64,000 bases of DNA from Phaeosaccion multiseriatum. Its lineage: Eukaryota; Protista; Ochrophyta, other classes. The stretch lies in contig OZ218957.1 of NCBI GenBank assembly GCA_965112735.1, forward strand, positions 3,534,001-3,598,000, read 5' to 3'. Below, one piece after another: positions 25,355 through 39,146 of this stretch (its first letter is position 1; each line of letters starts with the position of its first letter). The notes beneath the pieces were generated by a model. It was given only the letters and a program-made list of their open reading frames with translations, was not told the origin of the DNA and did not search any database. The translations under genes were made by a program, and so were the position numbers.

Positions 25355-26696
25355 CTTGTGCAGCGCTTTGCGGAGCTGCCTCAATCACCCAGCCACCCTC
25401 TCTCCTTCTCTCTCTCCTCGTCGATCTTGCTTGTTGGCACTCCGCTCAAGCTCGAAGAGAGCGAAGCAGTGCCCGTCGCCCCTCGTGCACGCAGCTCGAC
25501 TGCTTCGCTTCTCTTACTACATTCCCATACGCAGTGCTTGATGCGGCTGCGGCCCTCTCTGCCTTGCTCCCCCCAATCTCTCGGCTCGTCGTCGGCCCGC
25601 TCCGATCTGCGACAGGCAAGAGGCAAGAGGGAATAAAGACCCCTCTACACGAACCGTATGCCTGTGACCTTGTCTCTACTACGCCTTCTCTGCTGCTGCG
25701 GGATGCCTGCGATCTTCTTGTCTCTCCAATCTGCCTAGATCTGAGGGATACGCTCCGCTTCGCGCGAAAAAAAAAAAGTCAAAACTGAAACTCACACTGA
25801 GCGAAAGGGGACTGGCAGGGCAGTGCCTCTATGCCAGGAGGGCGGGAGGTGTGGAGTGAGTCGCGGGGCCTTTCGCATGGTACGGATGTGTGCGATTGTC
25901 GAGAAGGGAATTGAAAATGGCGCACTGCTGCTGCCCTGTCTCATTTTCTTTCATCTTTCCATCTCTCCCTCTCTCTCTCTCAAACACACATACGCCACTC
26001 AGACTGATGCTCACACACACTCTCTCTCTGCTCTCTCTGCCTATATATACACTGCCCGAGCTACACTGGCCCGCTCTCACTGTCGGACGCACTGCTCTCG
26101 GCGCGTCGAGGTCCAAAGCATTGCCCTGGCCCCTCCCCTCCTCCTTTGCGGTGCCAAAACTCCGTCCACAGCTCTGTCCCGCTTTCCTCGCTCGCATGAC
26201 AAGAGAGGCAAAGCGTCGACAAGCGCACCAACACTGACATCGACACCGACGTCTCTGCTCCGCTCCCGCTGTCCACTTCGCCCTCGCCTCATCCCTTCCT
26301 CTCTCCCCTCCCCTCTCCTGACGTGTCAAGGCCGTTGCCGTACGCCGATCAAGGCCAATTTCGTCCCTCCTTCGCCTCCCACCTCCGCGCGGCGCAGTCC
26401 CTGCCATCCGCTGCCATCCGCCGCCATCTACCGCCGTCTGTGTCCCCCTTTCGGTCGCAGAGCAAAGCTGCTGTGGGGGCAGAGCTCTGGCGGCAAGGAG
26501 AATCAAAGTACATGCCCGGCCTCACTCTCCCCGGTGGCCTCCACCCAGAGGCATGCCGTGGTCAACACTCCAACAGGACGGGCTCCATCCGCCTCACCTC
26601 ATCGGCGTTGCCTTCGCCCGGCTAGACCCTTCCCTCCTTCCCTCCCTCCCCTCCGCCCTTCCTAATGTGGTTCCTTCTCTGCTCTGCCCACACGCC

Positions 26697-27807
26697 TCAT
26701 GGCTCGGACCGTGGGCCGAAGATAATGTACTTTCTCCAGCCCTTCTTGGCAGCAGCTGGTGGATCACCACCTGCTCCTCCGCCTGCCGGCTGCAGCTTTG
26801 AGGCTTCGTAGTCGGCCTGTGAGTGAGCGGGGGCGACAAGAGGACAAAGGACAAGTGCAAGGGAGGTTCTGGTCAGTAAGAGGCGGGGAGGAGGAGAGAC
26901 TCACAGGAGCCATGGGAGGAGAAGCGGGAGCGTGTGATTGAGGATCGAGGGGTTTGCGGGGAGAACAAGGCGCTCTCTGCCTTCCTGTCTGCCGCTTTGC
27001 CTTCGTCCCAACTTGGGTACCCTCATTGGGCGTCCTCACCAGCATCTTCTTGTTCTCCTCCCGCTTCTCGTGCACCACTCTTGAGAACTCCTCCGGGGTC
27101 AGCACGGGCGTGGCTGGGTACTCCACCAGCTTGTACTGCCGAGAGCAGAGCGAGGGGGGGCAAGCGCCATGCATGAAGCGTGATAGGGGGGGGGGGGGTA
27201 AGGGTAAGGACAAAGCAAGGGGGGGCGCGAAAGTGTTTCAGCACGGCAGGCCACAAACCACAAATCACAAGCCACAGGCCACAAGCCACTAGCCTGTTTT
27301 CTATACGGTGCAGTAGTGGCATGCATGACTCTCCTCAGTCAGTCACAGCTCTTGATAAAAACTAAAACCTCTCATCTCAATCACCTTACACTATTATCAG
27401 TCAATAACGAGCTCTCATCTCAACTCACGAGCTCTCCTCTCAGTCACTTCACTCAGGAGCTCTCCTCTCGTGAGCTCTGATCTCAGTCACTTCACTCACG
27501 TAATTGAGCAACTTGTCCATGACACGCTGGTCGTTGGCGAGGAGGGTCATGGCGATGGGAACTGCGGGGCATGAGAGGGTCAGGCAGACAGAAGAGTAGA
27601 CAGCAGTTTGGGGCATTACTAAAGACGCCATGAGAGGACCAGAAGGGGGGAGTGAAAGAGCAAAAAGAGCTAGGTGGGGGGTCAAAGGAGGGGAGCAACG
27701 AGGCCTCGGCACTCACCGAAGACGTAGAGCGTGAACTTGAAGTGCTCCACTCTGAACTTGATCTTGGGGGTGATGTGGTTTCTGTACTTGAAGAACGTTG
27801 CCATCAT
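26697..27807 (-). CDS. PET100-like cytochrome c oxidase assembly factor (4 exons)
   Basis: Spliced product MMATFFKYRNHITPKIKFRVEHFKFTLYVF-VPIAMTLLANDQRVMDKLLNY-YKLVEYP...; ExFKFxxYVFxPI is the Pet100-like motif. Confidence 0.65.
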
Positions 27808-28330
27808 GGTTGACGCTGCCAGGAGACAAAAAAGAGTTTTGTCTCTCTCTCTCTCTTTCTCTCTCTCTATCTCTCTTTCTCTGGGTAGCTGCTTCTAGTT
27901 GCGGTGCAGCGCAGCAGCAGCAGGTCACTGTCGGTGGATAACGAGGAGGAGGCGAAGGAGAATTGCTTCTCTCTCCAATTTTCTTCTTTCTTCTACTCCC
28001 AAGTCAAGATCGATCCTCGTCCCGGCCCTGTCGTAAGCAATCCGTCTCCTGTCCGGATATCCGCCCTGTGTCTCCATTTCTTGCTGCCCTCTTTTCAAGA
28101 GAACTAGAGGCTCCTGTCCACGTCTGAGCTTCCCCGTCTTATCTATACCGATAGAGTAGACCCTCACAACAGCTTTGGGCCGTTTGGCTGGAGTACGGTG
28201 TTGTTTTGCATCTCATCTCCGGCTAAGGAGCTCATTCTCATCGCCACAGGGACTGAGGCCGCGGCCACCAGCCGCAGCAGAAGAAGGAGCGGTAGCCGCA
28301 GTCGTACCAAGAAGGGTGTCATCAGGCAGG

Positions 28331-29594
28331 ATGTTTAAGAGGTGTGTGGAGCCGCCATTTCGAGGCAGGGGTCGGGCGAAGCGAGAAGCAGCATTCCGAG
28401 GACGAGGACGATGAGGAGGCAAAAAGGCGTATGCGAAACATGGTCTGCCGTTGGGCGTGTCCGCACCTCATCGTACCACCCTGGCCCCGTGACTAACTGT
28501 CTACCTGCAAGGGTGGAAAGGCTCCTCGAGAACATTTACCTCACCTCACTCTCCCACGTGACGCTCTCTCCGTGCGACCCTCTCTCCCACCATGATCCTC
28601 ACCCCGCGCCCAAGCCGCCCAAGCCTCACACCCTCTGCACCCCTCTCCCCCGACCCTGCTCGCACCCACCAACCACCTGCTTCCTTCCCGCTCCGCTCGC
28701 TCTCTCAAAGGTTTGGCGAGGCGGATGTGTCGTCCAACTCGTTAATAAAGTCCTCGGTGGCCCGTGGCGTCCGCACCAAGCTGCTGGAGCAGTACCCCGC
28801 CGTGGAGCCCTATCTGGAGGATATCCTGCCCAAGAAGGCGAACATCACCATGGCCAAGTGCGCGGGGCGTGTCAACGTCATCTGCAAAGACGCCACCCCC
28901 ATGTTCTTCCAGGACAGAGACGGGCCCATCTACCCCACCCTAAGGCTACTGCATCAATGTACGTCGCGTGGTGCATCAGGTGTAAAGAGCGGGGCTGCTA
29001 CTCGTTGGCCCCTGTAGCTCCTAGCTCCTTCTCTCTCTGTGTGTACCTTGAAGCTAGAGTGCCCATCCGATGCCTTCGTAGCACATCCTTGTGGCTCTCT
29101 CGATCGATGCTCAGCTCACGCCTCTCCCTCCTTGTGCCTCCCCAGACCCCACGATGATGCCCGTGATGCAGGTGGACAAGGGCGCCATCGACTTCGTCAT
29201 GAATGGAGCCAACATCATGTGCAGGGGCTTCACCTCCCCGGGGGGCCGCATGGACACAGAACTCGGTGTGGGGCAGCCTGTCGCCATCTTCGCTGAAGGT
29301 AAGTGTCTCGTGTCGTGTCACTGTGTTTGCTGCTTGCTGCGGCAGGCAGGCGAGCAGGCAGCCAGGGGTGTGGGAGCTCCACGCCTGATCCACTTTCATT
29401 CGGCACATGCCACCAGCAACATTTCCTGACAAGAGTGTCCACCCCTTCCCCCGACCTCAGGCAAGCGACACGCCCTCGCCATCGGCCTTACAAAGATGTC
29501 CACTGCGGACATCGCCAGCAAGAACACGGGCATCGGGGTGGACAGCCTACACGTGCTTGACGACGGGCTCTGGAACACAAGAGAAATTGCTTAG
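28331..29594 (+). CDS. MCTS1: MCT-1/Tma20 PUA-domain translation factor (4 exons)
   Basis: MFKR-F...KSSVARGVR...PTLRLLHQ-YP.MMPVMQVDKGAIDFVMNGANIMCRG-GKRHALAIGLTKMS...GIGV...HVLDDGLW. Confidence 0.95.
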
Positions 29595-31285
29595 GGCAAA
29601 GGGAGGAGGAGGAGGGGAGCACACCTTTGTGGAACGACCACCAGCCGAATCGCCTCATGGGGGGGGGCTGAGGGAGGGAGGCATCTCCAGGGACATCGCC
29701 AGAGGGAGGGAGAGGAGGGGATGAAATCTCAAGTCGGGAATGGAGAGGGGAGGCACGTCAGGGGCACCACCAAGGGAGAGGGGAGAGGAGGCCTACAACA
29801 CAAAGCTCCAGGAGGTCCATTGGGGGCGGGGAGGAAGGGGGGGCCTCTGGAGGTCTCTGGAGGCCTCTTGGATCACCCGGGCAGGGCGGGTTATGAAGCG
29901 TAGCACGGAGGGAGGCAGACGCAACCCCCTAGCAAGGCGCACCAGCCACGAGGGGGGGGGGGTACCCAGGGGGGCCGCGAGTCGAAACACTGGGTGCGAT
30001 ATTGCTGCTGCGGCGCGGTGCATGGAGTGGTAGAGTTTGCGCTCGCTGACCCGACAAGAGCGGAGTGCGCCGCCCGTGGACAGCCGCGTCTGTTTAGAAA
30101 CGCAGGGGAGAGAGGGAGAAAGACATATGAGAGGGGCCGTGCTTCGAGCTCCCCTCTGCGAGGCCTTCAGCCTTGCTTGACGCGAGTGTAGTAGGGCAGC
30201 GAGCGCTCCCCGCCCCTGCCCTAAAAAGAACATGAGGCGACGAAACCGCCGAAACCGCCGCCGCCAAGAATAGAGACGTCCCCCCCGAGAGAGAGAGAGA
30301 GAGCTGAGCCCCCACGATTTCAGTATGCGTTTCAGTGTGTATTTTGTCCTCGCCTCGCCTCCGCCCCTTTCGGCAAGTTCGAAGCGCCTCAGCTCTGCCT
30401 GACGACGTTCCTCTGCTACCCCACGCTCCCCCTACGGGCCGCCGGTCTACAGATGCACACACGTGCCCTCTGGGCTCGAGGCGCTCCAGCACAGCACAGG
30501 ACGACAATACCTATGCCTATACTTCACGCCGCCACTACAGTAGCCGAGGTTCCCCCCTGCTGCCCTCTCACAGACAGCTGAGGCGGAGTGAGCGTGGGTC
30601 GCGGGTGGCGAGTGGTATCAAATCACTTGTCAGTTGTTTGGCGGGAATGTCAGTCGCCTGTCGCCTCTCGTCTCTCCTCCTGGGCATACCTCGGACATGT
30701 CTCTCCCCTTCTTTGAGGGCCTCCGAAGGAGATTGCCCCAACCGTGGGGACACTTCGAAGGAGGGCCAACTGAAGCCTTCATTGATTTCAGCCAGCCCCC
30801 TCAGCCTTCACTGACGTAGTCCAGTCCAGGCCTTCTCAGTCTTCAGGGCCCAGTGGACAACCTCGAGGGTCAAGCGCGCGCTCGAGCAGGCAGCAGACGG
30901 ACCCACCCCGGGGAGAGGGGCTTCGGAGGCTGCTCCACTCATTTGATCACCCACTCAATAATTCCTTCGTCGAGCCATAGCCTTATTCCCATTCCCACGG
31001 CAAGTTGACGATTTGAGGTGGTCGGAAGCACACGATGAGTATGAAAGAGTTGAAAGGGGTTTCTGCGGTCAAGCTCGCCCGCTCATCAATCCACATGTCA
31101 TCAAAGCCACTCTGCCCAGCAGTATGGGGGGCTTCCCTGTCGGTGAGGGTCTGAGGGAAGAATACAGCACAGCCAGGAGAGCAAGATCACGCCCTACTTT
31201 CAAGGGGAGAGCACCATGCTTGCATGCTCCTGCCGAGCTCTGACATCGTTCACTCCCTCTCTTCATCCCTCTGAGATGGCCCATT

Positions 31286-32399
31286 TTACTTTACCCCGTG
31301 CGTCCGCGCTGACTTGAGCATGAAGCGATAGAAGTGGTCGTACTCCATCGAGGCCAGCAGCACTGGGGGGTGGAAGGGAGGCAGGCAAGGAAGCCAAGCA
31401 GGCAAAGCGGGCAGAGAGAGAGCGCGTGAGGCGACCGACCGACCGATCGACCGACCCACGAGCTGAGCGGGCGAGACGCGGCTCGTTGGGCCTCCTCCTC
31501 CTCCTCTGCGCTTCTTTGCAGCTCATTGGTGCAAGTCAAGAGAGTACAGAGCCGAGAGAGAGAGCCCCGGCTCACGGAGCTAGAGCAGAGCCGAGCTCCA
31601 CCCCACCCGCCAATAAGGGGCCACCTGCATCAAATCCCGCACCTTCGACGAACCAATGGTGCTGATGCTCCTCGAATAACGCACACCAGTCATCCTCCAT
31701 GGCCTTCTGACACTCCTGAGCACAGGGAGGGGAGGGCGGGTGTTACTGCAACATGGAGCTGGAGGACAACCATCCACAGAAAAGCTTAGGTGTACTACCG
31801 CCTTTGCTCTTCTTCTGATTCTTCTTGTGTGATCTCCATGGTTCAGCACCAGCGAGGCGCAGCAACGAGGAGAAGGGGCGGCTAACTCACTGCAAACAAG
31901 TCTTGCACAGTGCAGCCGCTGTCCTCTGCAAAGGCCGTGAGCAGCTCCTCGAACAGCTCCAGGAACTGGCGGTGCAGGGCGGAGTACTCCAACTTGTGCG
32001 AGTGCTCGCCCGTCTTCTCCTCGTCCACCACGGCGTCCTGGAAGGCCCCGGCGTGAGACCTGAGCGAGCGGGCAATCCAGGGGAAGATTATGGAGAGTGT
32101 TGGACGAGGGGAGAGGGGAGAGGGAAAGTGAAGCAACCTTTCTCCATTAGGTAGATGAAAAGTCTTGATGTGAATGACTGGAGCTCCTGCCAATAGCCAC
32201 CCTCTGCAGCGAGAGAGGGAGTACCTCCTGATCCCACGCACCTGGCGAAGTCGTCAAGGCTCCCTTGAAAATCCTTTCCCTCGTAGTATTTGACGGCTCT
32301 GTCGAGGAGCTTCAGCCCGTCAGAGTCCGCTCCTAAGCTCTCCATCTCCTTCTCTTCCCCCCCGTCTCTCCCATCCCAGCAGTCGCGCTCAGCAGGCAT
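31286..32399 (-). CDS. BART (ARL2-binding/CFAP36-like) domain protein
   Basis: Exons DFQGSLDDFAR-SHAGAF...EHSHKLEYSALHRQFLELFEELL..F-ECQKAMEDDWCALFEEHQHHWFVE-LLASMEYDHFYRFM. Confidence 0.85.
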
Positions 32400-32675
32400 C
32401 ACGTAGGGGAAGAGCAAACAGAAATTGAGAAACGGTTTCAAAAAAATTGTAAGGCAGTGATCGTCCTAGGATTTTCCCCCTCTTCTTTCCGTTGTTGCCA
32501 CGCCGTCCAAGGAGGTAGCTCTGCACTCTGTAACGAATAAGGGGAAGTGGAGTGAAGTGGAGAAGCAGAGAAATGACGGAAGGTGGAGGAGAGGGCAATT
32601 AAAAAGAGGAGAGGGGAGATGAAGTGAAAGGGAAGAAAAGAGGAGGAGTGGGCAATTAAAAGAGCGAGAGAAAGA

Positions 32676-33590
32676 ATGGAGGGCGGAAGCATGCAGCAGG
32701 CATGTCAATTGATAAACGGCCGCATCAAGAACTATGTGCGGCGGTATCTCTGGACGGCTGTTTCGGCGGGGGGGGTGCTCAACATCCCCCCTCAGGAGTA
32801 CGGCGCCTTCGGCCAGCTGCAGCAGGAGCAGCAGCAGACGATCAATTGGCAGGCCCGCAGCAAGGCGGAGGAGGCAGAGCGCCAGCTGGTGAAGGTGCTA
32901 CAGCTTGAGCTTCGGGACCTGCTGAGACGGGTATGTGACGCGGAGGCAGTCGCCCGGGCATGCCAATTGGAACTGGACATGGTGACCGAGGGGCAGCGGC
33001 GGCGGCAGCACTGGCAGCAAGGCGGCTCGCACTCGCTCCCCACTCCGCCTCCCGACGTGCGGCAGTTGCTGGACGAGAAAGGTGCTCTGATGGCTCAAGT
33101 GGCGGGCCTGGAGGCGAAGCTCGAGAAGCAGCAGCAGCAGCAGCTGGTGATGCAGCAGCAGCAGCGGTGGCGGCAGCAACAGGAGGAGGAGGAGGAGGAG
33201 GAGGAGGAGGAGGAGGAGGAGGAGGAGGAGGAGGAAAAGCAGCAGCAGCAGCAACAGCGACGGTCGCGGCGGTGGTGGCGGGAGGGGCGGGACCACACGG
33301 GGTGCCTCTCCTGCCCGGGTGAGCACAGCCTCCCCGTCCCCAGCTCTACCCTGTACAGTGCCATCCCCAGCTCTACCCTGTACAGTGGGCCTCCCTCTGC
33401 CGCGTCCCCCGACCACACCCCTCCCCCTCCCCGCCCTGCCCGCTCTGCCCATGTGACTCCTCCCTGCGACTCGGGCCCGTGCCTCATGCAAGGAGGGCCT
33501 GCACAGGTCACACCTTCGCCCGCTCGGCACCGCAGCACGGCCTCGGGCCATGACTGTGACACCATGCACGCGATAGGGGGGGGTCGGGAG

Positions 33591-33623
<33 letters not shown>

Positions 33624-34426
33624 GCAGTAGTAGTGACGGGAGAAGGAGGAGCAGCAGCAGCGAGAGTAGCACTGCCGGGCCACCGGCGGAGCCGAGGCTC
33701 GCGCCGCGACTCCTCGAATGGGTACGTCCCCCAACACCGTGCACGTCAGGAGAAGGCGGGGCTCTCCAGCCGCACTCCCTCATATGCCGCTAGTAGGCCA
33801 TCCCATGCCTCCTCATATGCCTCTAGCATGCCGTCCCATGCCTCCAGCGTGGCGCTGCCTCCGAGCGTCTCCAGTGATGATGCACGTGTCCGAGGCATCA
33901 TCGAGCCCTCTGCCTGGGCAGACGGGGCAGACGGGGCAGACGGCAGCTTTGACAGCAGAGGCAGGAGCAGGGGCAGCAGGAGCCGGAGCAGTCAGAGCAG
34001 CAGCAGCAGCAGCAACAGCAACAACAGGAGTAGCAGCAGTAGCGACACCAGCAGCAGCAGCACTCGCACTAGCGGTAGTGCGTCCCTCTGTGGCTGTGGG
34101 TCGGCCTCCCTGACCTCTCTGCAGCCCACTTCCCGCCTCGGACGCCGCCCCATCGGCAGCTCAGTGGCCCGCTCGCGCTCTTCTGCTGGCCTTGGCGGGA
34201 GTCCTCCTGCTTCCCTCCGGAGCTCTCTTGCTGGCTCTCTTGTTGGCTCTCCTGCTGGTTCTCTTGCAGTGGACGGCTCTCTTGCCGTGGAGAGTTCACC
34301 TCCTTCTCTGCCTGCGGCCACCCTGGGTAGTGCCAGTGCCCCCCTGGGCAGTGTCAGCAGTGAGACCACCGCTCGCTTGCCCTTCCAAGACGTGGGCATA
34401 GGCAGGCGAGACGACTCTATCCACAC

Positions 34427-34459
<33 letters not shown>

Positions 34460-35894
34460 GCATTGGGAGCAGCTGGTGAGACAGCAGCAACAATGGGAGG
34501 AGGAGGGGCGGCGGCACCGCCAAAGCCATTCGGGCGAGTCTCAGCAGGAGCAGCAGTTGGTGATAGAGCAGCAGCAGTTGGTGATACAGCAGCTATTGGT
34601 GATGGCGCAGCAGAACGGGGAGGCAGCGGAGGGGAATGACCGCCCGGGGTGGGCCGTGGATGACCTGCAGCAGGAGGTGCGGCGCCTCACACACAGTCAC
34701 AGTCGCGGCTTTGACTCGCATGGGCATGGGGCATTGCTTGGGACAGGGGCAGGGGCATTGCTTGGGGCAGGGGAGCCCTCTCTCGGGTCTGTGCTCGCCA
34801 TGTGTGCCCCACCGGCCTTCCCAAGGGGTGCCTCCCCAGGGGGTGACCGGGGCAGTTCCTGGAACGGGGCCCTAGAGGAGGAGGAGGAGGGGGGGGGGGG
34901 AGGGGGGGAAGAGGGGGAGGAGGACGAGCGTCAGCGGGAGGAGCAGGAGAAAGAGCAGCATCAGCAGCGGGAAGAAGAGGAGCAGGAGGGGAGGCGGCGG
35001 CGCCGTCGCCATTGGGAGTCGCGTGAATCACCACCTGCTGCACCTGCTGGCCATCCAACTCGAACCAATCCCAGTGAAGATGGCGGCATGACCACCGCCT
35101 GTGCGCTCTCTCCATCGCTCCATGACGAGGAGAGGCAGGGGGGGCGGGGAGAGAGGGGCAGGAGCAGCCGGCACGAAGGGATGGAGAAAGAGGAAGAGGA
35201 AGAGGAAGAGGAGGTGGGGCTGCAGCGGGAGGAGCGACGGGGCGGGAACGATGGAGGCGAGGAGGATCCCCCTGAAGAGCGCCCACCCGGTGACGTGAGG
35301 ATTTCGGCGCAGCAGCTACGGCTCCAGGAGCTGAGCCAAGACGGAGGCGGATACAGCACTGATCACTGTCTTACTCGTGGGCGTGCTGACGAGGGCAGAG
35401 GAAGCGTGATGCCTCGCTCCTCGGCTTACTCGTCTTGCTCGTCCGCTTGCTCGTCCGTGTCTCTGCAGCTGCTGGAGGAGCTCGAGGGGTTGGACTTCGG
35501 CAGCGACAGCGGCGGCGGAGACAGCGAAGAGAGTTTCGACAGAGGAGGAGCAGGTGGAGAAGGGAGGGCAGGGATAGCGCAATGGGCCACCACCAGCTGG
35601 CACCGCCATTGCAGGGGGAGGGGGGAGGAGCAGAAGGGGGGGGGGGGGGGTGGGGATGGCATTGGGGATAGTGATGGGTATGGTGGTGGGGATGTTGGTG
35701 GTCCGCCCCTCCGAGAAGCTATGCCTCTGAGGCGGAGGCGTCGTAGCAGCTTGTTCGGCGCCGTGCAGGCCTCTGATCTCGAGCGGCGGCAGGAGGAGGT
35801 GAGAGAGGTGATGGCTGCTCGCGACGAGGAGGGACACCAGCAGGCTCTCCAGCAGCAGCAACAGCAGCAACAGCAGCAGCAACAGCAGGCATAG
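32676..35894 (+). CDS. Hypothetical low-complexity coiled-coil protein (may contain introns)
   Basis: 1072-codon ORF with Q/E/S runs and a coiled-coil-like N-terminal part; no recognisable domain. Confidence 0.5.
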
Positions 35895-35937
35895 CAGGGG
35901 AAAAAGTCGGCCCCTGACATGCTTCTGAGGCGACCCT

Positions 35938-36082
35938 GCTTCCTGCTTCTGGCCGGCGCCAGCCGGCCAGGCAGGTTCCAGGTTCTGGGGGAAACCCATG
36001 TAATAAGGCAATGATGAGGGCCAAGGCTGGTTCCTGCTTCTGGCCGGCGCCAGCCGGCCTGCTTCCTGCTTCTGGCCAGCGC
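35938..36082. repeat. Short repeat cluster cttcctgcttctggccggcgccagccggcc (x3, last copy partial)
   Basis: Directly visible copies at ~35939, ~36031 and ~36062. Confidence 0.8.
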
Positions 36083-36271
36083 TTTTGGGCTGGCCTGTCT
36101 CAGAAGAATTTTTGCATTCATTAGAAAGCATGTCAGGGGCCGAAAAAAGGGGCAGAGCGGCGAGCGTAAGTCATTTCCAGTTTCATTTTCAATTTCGTGT
36201 CTCCAGCGCAGGGTGTTATGACGACCAACGAAAACATAAAGTACAAATATCTCTCTCATCAAACCAACAAA

Positions 36272-37815
36272 ATGAAGACTGCTGCCACCGGAGCCGCGCT
36301 CTGCGCGCTGTGCTGTTCTGCTGCCCAGGGCTTCGTGGTGCCTGCTGTGCCCGTGCCTGCTGCGTCGACAGGTGAGCGAAGGAACACATGTGCAAAAGCA
36401 CGAAGAGTCGGTGGGGGGCTGCTGGTAGGTGGGCCACCCTTGCGCTCCTGGCGTACCAGCATTGGAGGGAGAGGGGCAGGGAGAGGGGCAGTGATCTTTG
36501 CAGCGTGATCGGCCAATGGTCTGGGGGAAGGAGCATGAAGGAGCAGGGAGGGGACGAGAAGCAACAGGACTTGAGAATGCCTCTTTGAGCAACAACGGGA
36601 ACAGACTGCGACCTTATGTGTCGAGTAGAGCATAACCCTCCACGACTTCCTCCTCTGTGCTGCTGCTGCTGCTGATGTGTTGCCGGTGCTACTGCTGGCG
36701 TCGCTGCTGCTTCTGTTTCCACAGGCCGATCCACCGTTGCGATGTCTGCTTCTGGGCCGTCAGGCCGGGCAGCCTTCATCAAGCAAAGTGAGTGTGGAGG
36801 TGCTGCTCATTTTGTGAAGAGAGCATGCACAGTGTGGCTGGGTTGCTGATGTTACCAGTAGAAGGGGCGCGGTGTAGACTCTTTCCCCCGAGGACGGACA
36901 CTCACTCATGGCAGCGGTCGACGGACTCACTGATCCGGCGCCATGTGAATGCGCTTTTCTTCGTGCTCTCTCTCACACACACCCTTCCCCAAACATCCGC
37001 TCTTTTCTCTCTGTGTGTCCTCCCCTCCCCTCAGGCGTGGCCAGCGTGGCGTCAGTGGCCGGGCTTGTGACCTTCACACAGGCAGCCAGTGCCGCCAAGT
37101 ACTTCGGCGACAAGAACGACTACCCCGAGGTGATGAAGCCCTCCAACGCCATCAAGGACGAGGAGGGACTCAAGCAGGCGCAGGGCCGCATCGACGAGAT
37201 CAAGAAGCTCCTCGACACCGCACAGGAGATCAAGGCCGACCTGGTGAGTAACGTAGGAAGGGCGTATGTGCGTGCGTGTGTTCGTGAGGTATTCTTGTGG
37301 GATGGAGGTTATTATACTGTATGTGCGCGTGTGTGCATGTTCTGCTCCAGTGGGTGGTGTTGCTCTTGTTGGAGGTGCTGTGTGTACGTGCGTGCGTATT
37401 CTGCTCTAGTGAGTGGTGTTGCTCCTTGTTGGAGGTGTTCCGGCATCGATGTGCTCCCCTCGCTCCCCCGCGGCGCTTCTCCTTCAGCCCATGGCCCTCA
37501 CCCTCTTTCCTTGCTTATTCCTGTCTCTATCAGGCCGCCAACGACCAAGTGCTTCTATCGGCCAAGCTTAGGAAGAGCTTCGACTTTAGCAAGATCCGGG
37601 AGAGCATGAACCAGGCCACCTTGGGGGTCTTCGACGAGGACACACAAAGAGGCACAGACCGCCTCATTCGCGTCATTCTGCAGGATGTGATTGAGCTCGA
37701 GGACGGGGTGAAGCTCAAGAAGGGTGCGGTGAGGAACAAGAGGCGCATTGAGCTGGTCAACAAGAAGCTCGACAAGGTCATCAAGGGCCTGGAGGAGCTC
37801 ATCAGCTTCTACTAG
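36272..37815 (+). CDS. psbQ: Photosystem II extrinsic protein PsbQ' (red-lineage type), 4 exons
   Basis: Signal peptide ending AQG-FVVP (ASA-FAP-like), thylakoid signal ending AASA-AKY, and mature FDEDTQRGTDRLIRVILQDVIELE. Confidence 0.85.
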
Positions 37816-38660
37816 AGGAGCCTTGGCCTTCGACTGGCTTTGGAATAGACCAGAGTGCTTGGAGGGGGGGTGGCGGAGGCTCGGGGAGACGAGCTTCGAT
37901 TGTTGTCCAGGGCTCTGCTTGTGGCTGTGGTTGCTGTTCTCTTTGCTGCGGCCGAGCCGAGCTTGCTGCTCGGCTAGGCTGGGCTGTCCCCTTGGGCTAC
38001 AGGGACGGGACAAGCAGCCTTGCCTCTGTAGCAGCAGGACGGGTTTAGCAGGAGGAGGAAGAAGAGGAGGAGAAGGGGGAGGAAGAGGACTCTTGTGGCC
38101 CCGAGTGGGTGGGAGCAATTGCGGCAGGGAGGGGTCAAGGGTGCTCCTCGGGAAGTGAGAGGCTTTCACGACGAGCAGCAGCAGGGTGAGAGGGCGAGAC
38201 ACTGAAACTGCCATCCCATCGAGTGCCATCCCTAGCGCGGGGGGGGGGCGGCTGTGGCCCGCGGCGGAGAAGGATGGACATGCGGTTGGCGCTCTGGCCC
38301 TTATGCCTGCCTGCCTTCCTGCTCTCTTGGCTGCTGCGAGGCGAGTCTGGAAGGGGGGCCGTGGCGAGGAGGAGAAGGAATTTTCCCTTATATGTATGTC
38401 AACTACTTACACGGACATGAATAGAGAAAGGCCGTTCTCGGGAGGGAAGGGACGTGCCATCGTAGACTTTTACAATACGATAAACCGAATGAATTGATTC
38501 AATAGAGAGCCAGAAGCACGCGTCTCAAACTGCACACACACCCCCCCTGCCTCACTCCCTTCTTCCCTCACTCACGCACATTTTCACTCCCTCACTCACC
38601 CACCGGCCCAGGCACTCACACACACACGCACACGCGTACATACACGCACGCACACACACA

Positions 38661-38708
<48 letters not shown>

Positions 38709-39146
38709 TCCTCGCTCATGCAACCACCCACCCACTCAGCCGACACTCTCGACCCCTGACGTGCTACGTGCTCTACCTGCTACCGCCGCACCAGCCGCCT
38801 TTGACCTGCTGCCGGCCGGCGTCAGCTAATTAGCGTCAGCCCGCTGCTACCTCGTAATAGGTCGGTGGCAGCACTTCAGGGGTCGATCCGACAGTTGCCT
38901 GCTTACGCACCCACTCGCACGCGACCACCCAGCTACTCAGCTACGCCCTCACGTCACGCACGCATGCACGCACGCACGCTCAAACACGCATCCACTACCT
39001 CACTCACGCACACATATCTCTCTTTTCCATTCGCTCAAGGGGGACTAATAATCGGACCCCTTGTTGCTCACACTCGCACCAAGGGTTCATTGTTAGTACC
39101 CCTTGCGGGGGGGGGGGGCGGGGGGGGGGATTGAGAGATTGAACCG